From Lama guanicoe (lineage: Eukaryota): a stretch of 64,000 bases of DNA. This document shows positions 52,860 through 64,000 of the stretch, one piece after another. The stretch's first letter is position 1, and each line of letters begins with the position of its first letter. A program made the translations under genes and the position numbers. The notes under the pieces were generated by a model. It made no database searches and was not told the origin of the DNA. It worked only from the letters and a program-made list of their open reading frames with translations. The stretch is taken from NCBI GenBank assembly GCA_013239625.1, contig MU053810.1:4496071-4560070 (forward strand), read 5' to 3'.

Positions 52860-53070
52860 TTCTATTCATTCATGTACCACAACTAAACTGGCATGCACTA
52901 CGTGCCAGGCTCCGGGCTGCTTTTATCCTCACCACAACCCTGGGAGGTAGGTACTATTATTATTTCCATTTTATTGGTAGGAAAATGGAAGTCACCTGCC
53001 CAGGCTGGCCTAGCAAGTAAGTGATGGAGCAGAGACTCAGGCTTGGACTCATGTCTGTGCTCTCTCCACG
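52860..53070 (-). mobile_element. MIR SINE
   Basis: atcctcaccacaaccctgggaggtaggtactattattatttccattttattggtaggaaaatggaag...agtaagtgatggagcagagactc. Confidence 0.75.
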
Positions 53071-53100
53071 CTGACCCTCCTGCACAAATGTTAGCAGCTC

Positions 53101-53191
53101 GGGGGAGGGTGTAGCTCAGGGGTAGAGCATGTGCTTAGCATGCTCGAGGTCCTGGGTTTGATCTCCAGTACCTTCATCAAAAATAAATAAG
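53101..53191 (+). mobile_element. tRNA-Ala-derived SINE (camelid Vic-1 type), short-tail form
   Basis: gggggagggtgtagctcaggggtagagcatgtgcttagcatgctcgaggtcctgggtttgatctccagtacc plus aaaaataaataag. TSD aaatgttagcagctc (53086-53100) / aaatattagcagccc (53192-53206), 13/15 identical. Confidence 0.92.
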
Positions 53192-54223
53192 AAATATTAG
53201 CAGCCCAAGGTGCTTAAAGCCATGTGGTTCCGTTTATCTTAGAGCTCAGTGGGGCACCCTGCTCAGCCCCTGTGTAAAGGTGAGGCCTCGAGAACTAGGC
53301 GGTAGCTTGTAGGTGTTGTCAGCATTGGAGTTCCAGGAGGAACAGCGAACATCAACCCAAGTAACCGTCCCCTCCCTCCCATTCGTAGAGCCGGGGCACC
53401 GGCCGGGAGGGCTGCTTGTTATGATGGGTTCTTCTCTTCCCTCACTAATAGGGACCTGGCTTGTCTGGAAAAGCTGCAGTGGGAAAACTGAGATTTCAGT
53501 TTATAACTGAGAGGAGTCTCAGGATTTATCCAGACTAAAGCCTTCACTTCACAGTTGAAACTCCAGGGCCCAGACAGGTTAAATAACCGCTCATCCGGGA
53601 TCGCACAGCTCAGGAGAGGGCGTGAGTCTGCTTCTGGGTAAACTGAGAACCTGAATCAAACAAGCTTTGTTCGTGATTACATTCTGCCTTCGTTCTGTGA
53701 TCTTTGGGATTTTCATTCACTGGGCTTGAGTTTTTTGGTTTGATTTTTTTCTTCTTAGTGAGTAAACATAGATGCTGGTCTGATGGTCTACGTGATTTCT
53801 GTGTCATTGTGACTTGAACCTGTGTGAGATGGGTGAGCTTTAACTTGGGAGAATATTTAAACCAGGGCTGGAGGGCTGCAGGGCTCTTGTTCTTATGAAC
53901 AAATACACGGAGAAGGCGGGAAGGGGTAACAGAGGGACATTGTCCGTGACTCTCAGCAGACGTACCATGAAACTGTACATTTATTACAGCTCTTAACTAA
54001 TTGCCCTCCCGCTCATCAACCTCCTCCCCACCCCTCGCCCCCCATTCAATACAGCTTCCATTGTACCAACAGGATCACTTTCTAAAGCACAGATTTGGTC
54101 CATTCATTCCTCACTGCCTACAGCTTACAATTTAAACTTCTCATTTGAAATGCAAGAAGCCCTCAGAAGAGCCCTTACATATTTTATCAATCTCCTGCCA
54201 ATCCCTATCCTCACCATCAATTT

Positions 54224-55161
54224 TTTACTTATTTTTATTTTTAAACATTTTTAGAAATTGAAGTGTGGTTAATTGACAATGTAATATTAACTTCAGGTGT
54301 ACAACATAGTGATTTGGTATTTTTATAGCTTATACTCCACTTAAAGTTATTGTAAAATATTGGCTATATTCCCTGTCCTGTACATTACATCCTGTGCTGT
54401 ATCTTACTTATTTTATGCTTAGTAGTTTGCACCTCTTAATCCCCTTCCACTAAATTACCCCTCCCCCCTCCTACCCGCTGGTAACCACTCGTTTGTTCTG
54501 TGTATCTAGGAGTCTGTTTCTGTTTTGTTATATTCATTCCTTTGTTTTATTTTTTAGTCTCCACATATAAGTGAAGACATACCATATCTGTCTTTCTCTG
54601 TCTGATTTACTTGAAGAAGTAATAATAACCACCAGATCCATCCACGTTGTTGCAAATGGCAGAATTTCATTCTTTTTTTATAGCTGAGTAACATTCCATT
54701 GTGTACATACCACATCTTCTTTATCCTTTCATCTAATGGTGGACACTTAGGTTGCTTCCGTATCTTGGCTCCTGTAAATAAAGCTGCTGTGAACATTGGG
54801 GTGCAGGTGTCTTCAATTTGGGTCTTAATTTCCTTCAGATATATACTCAGGAGTGGGATTGCTGGATCGTACGGTAGTTCTGTTTTTAGTTTTTTGAGAA
54901 ATAGCCATACTGTTTTCCATAGTGGCTGCACCAGTTTACGCTCCCACTAACAGTGCATGAGAATTTCCTTTTCTCCACATCCTCTCCAACACTTGTTATT
55001 TGTGTCTTTCTGACGATAGCCATTCTGAAATCTCACTGTGGTCCTGGTTTCCATTTCCCTGGGAAGTTGAACATCTTTTCATGTACCTGTTGGCCATCCA
55101 TATATCTTCTTTGAAAAAATATCTATTCAGGTCTTCCACCCACTATTCATTTTTTTTAAAA
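54224..55161 (-). mobile_element. 5'-truncated LINE-1 (ORF2 C-terminus and 3' UTR)
   Basis: ORF 54554-54931 (-) carries QPLWKTVW...[11 protein letters not shown]...[12 protein letters not shown]...KQPKCP from L1 ORF2. T-rich tail at the left. TSD caccatcaattt (54212-54223) / caccttcacttt (55162-55173), 10/12 identical. Confidence 0.9.
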
Positions 55162-56884
55162 CACCTTCACTTTCTGCCATTATTTGCCACCACCTGATAT
55201 GCACACCACATTGGCTAATGTGCTTGGGGTCCCTGGGTTGAAATGCTCTTTCCCCAGTGAGTCAGCTGGTGAAAGTCTCTTCATTCTTTGAGACCACATG
55301 GCACCTTCTCTCCCAGGCCTTTCCTGTTCTTGACAAGAATGGTTGCTCCTCCTCCCATGCCCATGAATTATGTCTTTACTAGAACTCTTCTCTTCTTTCC
55401 CTAGTTAAGTGAACTTGGATATCATCCTCTTTTTCTCGGTGTCTCAGTGGGTCAAGGGCAGTGGCAGGAGCTGGGGACTCAAAGATGATCTAAAATGATT
55501 CCCATTCTTTTGAGACCTCACAGTCGCAGGAGACAAGCTCACATATAAACAATGAAATACTGTGCAGTGTGTTAAACATTTACAAATCTATGGCTGCTCT
55601 TATCCATCCCCCCATCCTTAGCATCCACCAATAGTACATCAGTGCTCTATGATTTCTCAAACAAATGAAGGTGTGAATGAATGATGAGATGGTTAGACTG
55701 GTCACCTTTAACCTAAATCAGTACTCCATGCTGCAACGCCTTATGAGGCAATTTTAAGTTACATGAACAAAACATTTTACTTTTAAAAAAACTGTTACGT
55801 GTTTACTGTATGTAGGAAAAGATACAACTGTTTATCAAACCCATACTGTTAACAATATTATAGGTGACAAAAAGCTTAATCCTTTCAAGTCTATACTAAT
55901 ACACTATTGTAATGTAAGAATTAGATGGCAGAAAACAAATTGCTGAATTTTGAGAAATACTGACTTAAGATCATTTTCATTGTTTCCTTCTTTTTTTAGG
56001 TTTTATTCTTTCCCTGAATCCAGTCTGTATAAATTTGCCTTTAGAATTTTGGGAATCTCTTGAAATAAATCTTTTGCTGTAAAAAATGTGTGACCCAGGG
56101 CAATATAAATCTTTTTAAAGATAGGGCAAAAACACTGTGTGTTTTGAAGGTGTACCAAACCACATTTTCATTTATGTTTGTATTTATTTGTGACCTAAAG
56201 ATCAGGTTTATTTCCCTCAATGGGAGATTACTTGAAAATACCCAGATTTGGGGTTCTCTCTGTACATAAATTGAAATCTGGCTCCACGTCTATTAACCTC
56301 ACTCCTTTCTGTTTACCATGATGATTTACATGAGGTTAAGATGTAAAGGCAAGAGTTGGAGTGGTTGGTTTTGATGACACGTGGAGGGTACAGGGATCCT
56401 CCAGGAAGGCAGTGCAGCTGGTTCGCAAGCTTTACCTTCACGACCCGCGCCCAGGAGACTCGCTAGGAGGAACAGTGTGTGTATGGCGCCCCCTGACTCT
56501 GCAGTCTCTATATTTATTTTAACTTAGAAGTGATTCTGTAAACTCTCCTCTTCAATGTCCTTTCATAGGTGTGACCTGTTCAGGTGACCACACAAAGGCT
56601 GGGTTATATGAGGAAGTAGGAGGATGAGGAAATGGCTTTCCCAGGCCCCCTGAGCCATTGGGCATAGTTCTTTGACATGTAGGTATAGCAGTAGCTACAC
56701 GATGGTGACAGCAACTCTGGGAAGCCAACAGGGATCTGTCCTTGTCCCTCGTTCAGCTGCTCCATGCCTGCCTGGTCTCCTCTATCTGCGGCTGCCATTC
56801 AACTATTTCTCTCTCTCCTCCATGGCTTTTACCCGCTAATGTCTCTGTGGGTCTCAGCTTTTGCTCACCATACTGCCTACATCT

Positions 56885-56978
56885 GGGGTGACCAACTCAA
56901 CTCAGTTTCTCTGGGACTTTCCAGGTTTTAAGCCCCAAATTTCCACATCCTAGAAACACCCAAAGTCCTGGGCAAATC
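56885..56978. mobile_element. MER94-like hAT-Blackjack remnant
   Basis: gggtgaccaactc...ctgggactttccaggtttta...aaacacccaaagtcctgggcaaa matches the recalled MER94 consensus. Confidence 0.65.
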
Positions 56979-59900
56979 ATCTCTTTTCTATGTGTCTCAT
57001 ATTCAAAGTCTGTAAGAAAGAAGAGGGGAGACCTGACTGGGTCTCTTAGCCCTTCCCCAGCCCATAGCACCCAGACTCTCCCACCAGGCTCTCCCATCAG
57101 GATGCTTATCCCTCCTGGCTGGACCGAAGTCAGGCCTGGGAGTGGCCTAGAGCAGCTTCCCCAGCATCCTTCTCAGAAGGGACTTGTGAGCTGAGCAAGC
57201 CTGGAAATACTGTCACTTCTTCTCGGGTCCCCTTTTCACTTTGTACAGTGTGTCATTTATCAGCGTCCTGGCTCATTATGCTTATCGGGTGCGGGTGCGT
57301 TGAACGGGGGATGTGTGTGCATATGTGGGGGAGTCGGTAGAAATGACTTGTTATCATTTCATCCCCTTTACTTTTATGAAACCAATCATGTTCCACAGAT
57401 TAAACTCCTCATAAAGTGTTATGGAAACCCTGGCCCAACTTCTAATTCTATTTGATGCCACTCGACCTTGTCCACTCCAGAGAATGTAAAGCTTGCAAAA
57501 GGGAATGTTTCAATAGCAGAACAGTGGAACCTGGGAAATGTTGACTTTTAAGCTCTTAGCATGTGAGGATGAAGACAGAATTCACAGTGACTAAAGGCAG
57601 AGATGCTGAGCCATGGAGCAGTTGGTCACTGCTGGAGGTCTTCGTCTACTTGGCCAATTTCAGCACCCCACCCACCCACTTGGCCCCAGAAATTAGGTTC
57701 TTCATTAGTAAAACTGTTTTTCCCATCTGCAAGAGACAGAAGTTCTCCCCTTCCCTTAAATTCTGGGGGCTGGGTTGGGGGAGAGGAAAATGAAATCACT
57801 GTAAAAATACTTAAGCTCTGAAAGACATGTTTGATTTTCAGGAACTGACCATAAAAGTAAAGGGTGGGAAAGCTGGAGAGAGCCAGGGTTCCAGGCAGGG
57901 TGGTGCTGCTGCCACTGCATCCCACACCCCCGGGGCACCCTGCAACCTGAGAGCACCCCACGTCTCCATCTCCGGGCTTCGGCAGCACTGTCCTCCATTT
58001 GTGGGGAGCACGGCCAGCGCAGTTCATCATTTCTGTGTCGCTGTGCACACCTGTCAGCCTCTGGGGGTGAAACAGAAAGGTTTTGGCACTGACTCCTGCA
58101 TTCTCTGCTGTCCGTGGCTCTCTTATAAATCAAGTCTGGCTGTTAATCACCGAAGCTAAGAATTGATGACAAAAGTTAAAAAACAAATCTAGATGCATTA
58201 TTGAAACAAAGTCTAGCTCAGCATTTACTTGGCACTGAAGCATACAGAGGCGATCAGTCCAGTTTCAAGTGAGTTTCCCCTGTGCTGATAGAGAAGGTGA
58301 GGAGGTCTGAGTTCTAGAGGATGGGGCAGAGAGCACAGGCTCAGGGGAGGGAGCAGTAAAGCCCCTCCCCCCGGCTGGGCTCCCAGTATGCCTGTCATAG
58401 GCCCGGCTTTCCAGTGTATCGAGGTCATCTCCAGGGCAGGCTCTCAGAGCCCCCCACTCCCTACCCCTGTGCTGCACAGGTGTGCCTTCATGGCTGTGCC
58501 TCCCCCAGCTCACCTCACAGGCCCTTTCCGCTGCTGAACCTGTCTAGGCTCCTCTCCAGTATCTCCGATGGGTGGTCCCAGCCTCCCCTCCCCAGGAAGC
58601 CCTGCCCACCTGGGACGGTCCACGGTGGTACAGAACCGGCACATGGGCAGGCACATGCAGCTCACACCAGGTCTCAGTGAGCAGAGAGGACCTTAATGTC
58701 TGATGCCTCAAGGCTTGTACAGCAGTCCCCCTCCCCCTCCAAGTAATACCAGATCCAATGCTACAGTTGAGGGGAGAGGGATTTTGGAAAAAACTAGGTA
58801 CACCCTCCCAATTACAGATCCTGACTTGATTCTTCATTTCCTTAGAGCAAGAGGAATTAGTATAATTGAGGGGTGCCCTAGGGCATTCGAAAGAAAAGAG
58901 GATAAAAGATCGTAAGTGTTGACTAAGTGTGATAGTGTGAAGGCCAGGATACAGGAGTGACAGGAGCCTGACTGGCGGTAAGGCTCCAGGCCTCAGTTTG
59001 CTCATCTGAAGAATGGGGGAAGGAAACGGGGAGACATGAACCACACAGGAGCCGGGTCTTCTGGTTCTGTGGTTGGTTCCCTGTCATTCTTGTCCCGTCC
59101 CACTCCTAACAGCTCACTGCAGCTCTGAGGGAGGCCACGTGCAGAAGCTCCAAGGCAGACATAGACCAGGGAAGTGCCTTTCCATGGAGGCCTCACCAAA
59201 CACTCCATATTGAAAGGGTTCAGAATGGCCCCACTGGGTAAAACAAGGAAGCAAGCAAGATCTGGTATTTGTGGATGTTCTCACAGGGCCATGGACTCCT
59301 CCCCGGGGCCATTAGGAACTCAGTGGAGTATGTCGCGGTTCAGTTCTCTCTGGGAGGAGAGGCGTGAGCACATGCAAGTTGCAATTTTCACTTAAATGTT
59401 GCCACCTGGGATCCAGACTTGGTCTGCGGTGACCAGGCCCTGGTTTCTCCCTGATGCTCTGCACACGTGGAACTTAGCTACAGAGTTTTGCAGACGAGGT
59501 CTTTGCTCTTCAGTATCCAGCAGCTTAAAAGAGATAAAAAGAAACCCCAGTAAAAATGAACATCAATGGATTCTCTTGAAAAGAAAGCAAATCTGCTTAA
59601 AGCATTAACACATTGGATCTAAGTCTGCCTCATATTTATAAGCACATGAGGAATTTGTATGGAGTAGGGAAGGAAAGTTCCCAGACGTCAGAATAGAGAG
59701 ACTGAAATCAATGGAGGGGGCTCTTGGCCACCTTGCTTCTCTTTGGCCGGCAGGGTCTCCGTGGAGCAACTGGGATGTTAAGAACTGCAAGTAAGAGCAG
59801 GAAGATGGGTTATTCTCTGGAGAGAATGCTGGAGGTATATACATGGTTACCGGGTCACATCGGTAAGATCTTTGCCCTAAACACAGAAAGGAAAATCCGT

Positions 59901-62900
59901 TTTGGTGAATGAATCGTGCAGAGTATCGTGTTGCGGAATTTGTGTTTTCCAGTGTGGAATTGTTGGTGGTGCTTGTAATGCAGCTCTGATGACGTTCACA
60001 CCTTTAATTAATGCTTCGATTTCTCTCGTGAGGTCTGCGTCTGGAAACTCAAACAGCGTTATTATGTTCATTTCACGTCTGGAAACCAGAGGAGCGCGTA
60101 GGGCTTATCTTGGGCTGCAGATAGGTGATCATCTGTGCTGGTCTGCCAGGGACAGTCGTGGTTTCTGCATCTTGTCCTGTTGTCATTATTAATGGTGTCC
60201 CCTTTCCTGATCACAAGTGCTCTGGTTTATATTTAAGTATAAGGTCACCCGAGCCAGCTGACACCCTGCTGGCAAAAGTAGGATTGAAGATCCTGCATTT
60301 CATTCACCAGAGCATCCATTTAAGCAAATGTTTTCCCAGTTGTCAAAAGCCCTTTATTTCTGACTTACAGAGTGACACACAACAGCGTGTCCTTTAGAAA
60401 AGCAGATGGGTGACACATCAAACATGAGGTCTCTGGTTGAAACATTCTTACTTGTTTTTCCATTTTGTTTTGTTTAACTTTCACCGTTATCATTGCCTTG
60501 GAAAATGGCATTTTATGACTTCAGCAAGCATTAATTATTTATTTTGTGTCCCCATGTCAAATCATTTTAAACCAGCGTGTTCTTAATAGGGTTTAAAGTG
60601 AAAAAAAAAACCAAAACTGAAACATAGCAGCATAATTCCACTAATGCTTGATGCTAGCGATGATTTTTCTCTTGAAAAGCTTACACAAAGGAAGCTGACA
60701 TGCTTTCTTCAGCCCTGTAATTAAACAGGCCTGCTGAGAAGTCTTACGCAATAGTTTATGATTTTTGTGACTAACGCCCATCATGGCGGACGCCCGTTGG
60801 AGTTGGGTTATCACAACCAATAATGGCCCAGTTCTGTAATGGGTTCACTCTGACTGCAAAATCACCGTTGGCCCTTACAGCACTCTTATCTCATCAGCTG
60901 TCTTTCCTTTTAAAGGACACTTTTCTCTGTGTTAGCTCATTTGGAGTCATGAATTGCCAACATATGGAGCCATTAACCGAGAAATCGTCTTGCACCTTTC
61001 CTGGTTAACAGAAATGGAGTTGAAAATTTAGCCCGTCGGTCTCCTTCCTGTCGCGCTCTCTGTGACTGCAGGAAAAATCACGTTGCAAGTTCTTCCCCGC
61101 TTTCCTTACACCTCTCACAGCCAATTTCAAAGTATGGCAGTAGGCAGATTGGGTCGTAATAGCAATTTTTTTAACCCAGAAATTAAATTAAACCAAAAAG
61201 CCTCATGCACTTCGAGTTCAAATAGTGTTTCTTCCAGAAAGAACATCTCCACAGTAACAGCAGTGACAATGATAGTATTTTTCATGAAGATCTGAGTTAC
61301 TAAACTAATGCAGATTGCAGAGGATGGTTACTGTTTTCCTGAGACCCTTCGCAGAGAAACTGGCAATCAGTGAAAAGTTGTTAGTAAGGTCTGTGTGCTT
61401 CAGGGAGAGGTGTATAGAAAAGTCAGTGCCCTGGCATTAATGCAGAGCCTTCTCCAGCTGTTTTCAGTTCCAGCTCTCCAGGAGGAACAAAGGGCCGATA
61501 ACTAATACAATAGAAGCTCTCCCCCAGGATGATCAGAAAGTTTGACTATTCAAGAGAACATGTTTTACTGTAAATGTCTAGATTTTGTGATCCTTCATGA
61601 TTTATGTTTCTTACCTCCACTGGTAATGCCTTTTTCTTTTGTGCATACACCAAAGAATTTGCTTGGAGGAATGTCCACAGAGGCAGCAGCCCGCTTTGCC
61701 TGTGGGGGAGGGGAGGGTCAGAGCAGCTGGACCACGTGGTTGACCAGGGGATTCTTTGGGCTGCTTGGAGACTCAGGCTGGTGGGAGAGCTGCCCCGCAT
61801 TTTGCTTATCTGAGAATCAACAAGAGAGCTTATCTGCTCTCACACTTTCCAGACAGACCCAGGCGAGCATAATCTGCATCTAAAAATGGATCTTTTCTGC
61901 CTGGATTGAGGCTGCCAGGAAGGGCCCCAGGTAGGGCAGGGTGCTGTTGGTGATGGAGGACTGCAATTGGAGATGCCTGGCTGTCTGCTCCGTCCTGGGG
62001 TTTTTGCCTCTGTACTGTGTCAAGTGACAGGTAGAAACTGTCAGGAGCAGCCTCTTCACACATCAGCTCAAGTCGGGTTGGGGTCAGAGCCCAAAGCCCA
62101 GAGCATCTGGTATAGGCTGATGATCTGGTGCTGCAGTGTGACGTGATGTCTCTCTGTCTCTCTCTCATTCTACCTCGCCTCCATCCTTCCTGGCATTAAT
62201 AATTTGAAGACACACACACAACGTCTCTACAAGGGTCTGGATAATCTGGATCTGGGGGCTTGAGCACAGATCCCTCCTTCCCTGAACACTGTGTACCTGA
62301 GGAAATAGTTAAGTTTTAAGGAGATTCATCGGGCCTTTGCCGCAGGCCACCAGCCCAGAAACTAAGATTAGTTCCTCCTTAAAGCAAGATTACCAGGTCA
62401 TTCTGTTGCAAAGTCATGGCGTCCTTGGGTAATCTGCCCTGGCCACCCAACTTTCTGCCTCCCTGCTGCCCGGCTTGGGTGTAACTTTCTGGAAGATCCA
62501 CTACATCCTCCTGGGTTTTAAGAAAAATCCTTTTAGGAATTGAGGGGTCTCTTCTGTTTCTCCTGATGTGAGTTGAGCTCACTTCCTGGCACAATTACTT
62601 TCCTATGTCCTTTACGGCCTACTGAGTCTTTTTGTCCTAAATGGACAAAATCTGTCCCCCACGCTGCCAAAACACACCGGTGACTCAAGGTCAGAATCTG
62701 GAGGACAGGCCAGCCATTGTTCTGCCCACATTCTTCATCTAAATTAATCTACAACCTTGCCTGAATGGCCGGTAAACTGGGTCAAGTTATGGTCAGTGGG
62801 CTAACCATTGTGTGTTTCTTCTCCCTCAAATGAAGGGGCCCCCATCGATTAAAACATCACGCTCTTCTTACCAGTGGGTGTGTTACTTGTTGATATCCCA

Positions 62901-63509
62901 CATAGCAGCGCCAACGTTGCTCAGATTATTTTCCTGGTTTTTTTTTTTTTGGACACTGTGCCTCCTCTTTTCACTTTCTGGGAAATTTGCCAGTGTTTCA
63001 AGGACTGGGTAAAGAACTAAATAAATATTTGTAGGTAGTTTAAAAGGAGAGTGAGTCCAGTGGATGTAACTTTGCCCATCCAAAGAAAAAAGCACGTTAA
63101 TTGCCTTTCAGATATTTTAAAGTAATTCACTTGAGAGTCAGAAGGTTGATTTTTCACTAGTTTACTTTTCAGGTTTTGTGGTCAAGGCGTGGGGGGGAGT
63201 GTAGAGGGGAGGGGGAAGAGTCCAGAAAGTCTAGGCAAATGAGCACAAACTTTTAGAAGTCCCGCTGAAGTGACTGAAATTGACAGTGTGAACAGTCAGC
63301 TACATCTTCGTGTTTGTTAATCAGGCTCTAAACAGTCGGTGCAAGCAAGTGTTTCCTTCAGAACCTTCCACGGAGGCCCCTTCTTTCTCACTGTTCTTTT
63401 TGAAACCGATTTCACTGAAATTTGGGACGTTCAGCAGTTGGCTGTTTTATTTCTATGTGTACCAGCCTATTGGGGAGGCTGACTCTGAGCCTGAGATTAA
63501 AGAGACCAG

Positions 63510-63972
63510 AGAAGCGGCTTCCGGCAAGGGCTCCTGCCTGTGATCCACTGAAATGTTTTTCCTTCCCGGCCGCGGACTCACGGCCGGCCGTTTGCGGCGC
63601 GGGCACCGGGCCGCCTGGGGCCCGGGCGGGCGAGCCGATCACCTGTTGGGGCCTCCGGGAGCGCGCGGCGCGGGCAGGGCGGGGGCGCAGCGCGCACTCC
63701 TCGCGGACCCGTCCGGCGGGCGAGCGGGCGGACGGGCGGACGGACGCGGGGACGCGCGCGCCGAGGGACGCGGGAGGCCCGGCGCTGGAATGCAGTTTTC
63801 CGCGGCGAGAGAGACTTTGCACGGGAGTAGAGAATAGTTTGGGGTGGGGTTTCGCACCGTCCCCTCCTCCCCGCCCCCCGGGGCCCCCTTCCAGGCGCTT
63901 TCTGGGAGCTTTTTCAGAACTGCGCTCTGAAGTTTGAAGAACAGCGAGGAGCTGGGGCCGTAGGCAGGGACA
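63510..63972 (+). promoter_or_regulatory. KIAA1217: CpG island: promoter and 5' UTR of the KIAA1217 first coding exon
   Basis: Abrupt switch to very GC- and CpG-rich sequence with several GGGCGG (Sp/KLF) boxes and no obvious TATA box, directly upstream of the KIAA1217 start codon. The transcription start cannot be fixed from sequence alone. Confidence 0.85.
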
Positions 63973-64000
63973 ATGGAAGAAAATGAAAGCCAGAAATGTG
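63973..64000 (+). CDS. KIAA1217: Start of the Sickle tail protein homolog CDS (runs off the window end)
   Basis: atg gaa gaa aat gaa agc cag aaa tgt g = MEENESQKC, identical to the recalled N-terminus of human KIAA1217/SKT. Strong Kozak context (acaATGG), in-frame TAG 12 nt upstream (63961-63963) and an adjacent CpG island. Only 9 complete codons are visible. Confidence 0.85.

Noticed and set aside
53101..53175. tRNA-Ala gene (also at about 4415-4488 and 35939-36014)
   Set aside because: Mismatched stems, A-rich tails and, in two of the three copies, clear TSDs show these are SINE copies, not tRNA genes.
54554..54931. ORFs with L1 ORF2 similarity (also 5935-6168, and antisense-derived 11396-11584, 20453-20827, 21047-21259) as host genes
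   Set aside because: Remnants of truncated LINE-1 copies; no intact ORF1 or ORF2 in the window.
55715..55962. Possible hAT-Charlie remnant ending tttgagaaatactg
   Set aside because: Only one convincing terminal repeat; family and boundaries cannot be supported by eye.
63412..63937. Overlapping long ORFs on both strands in the CpG island
   Set aside because: Stop-codon scarcity in GC-rich DNA. The products are low-complexity Arg/Ala/Gly/Pro sequences, and none joins the KIAA1217 reading frame.
1..64000. A novel multi-gene or RNA-guided system
   Set aside because: No unexplained coding cluster, regular repeat-spacer array, structured RNA gene or foreign-composition insert was found. The window is explained by known repeats, one retrocopy and the KIAA1217 5' region.

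Overview
Mammalian genomic DNA, most likely camelid (three tRNA-Ala-derived SINEs of the camelid Vic-1 type). It is almost entirely non-coding and rich in interspersed repeats: L1, L2, CR1/L3, MIR, MaLR/ERV solo LTRs and hAT-type DNA transposon remnants. Two gene-derived features are recognisable. (1) A full-length, disabled processed pseudogene of AP3S1 on the minus strand (about 2911-4247) with both UTRs, poly(A) signal, decayed tail and a 15-bp target-site duplication (TSD). (2) A CpG island at the right end leading into an ATG at 63973 that encodes MEENESQKC, the N-terminus of KIAA1217 (Sickle tail/Etl4). The window is therefore the ~64 kb upstream of the first coding exon of KIAA1217. None of the other listed ORFs looks like a real gene. 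I found no evidence of a previously undescribed biological system. The best follow-ups are the retrocopy, a MER41-like LTR with an altered tandem GAS site, two related solo LTRs inserted side by side, a perfect 40-bp tandem duplication, and several motif clusters that could be KIAA1217 enhancers or insulators. Gene and repeat family names come from recalled sequences, not database searches. Repeat boundaries without a TSD are approximate.
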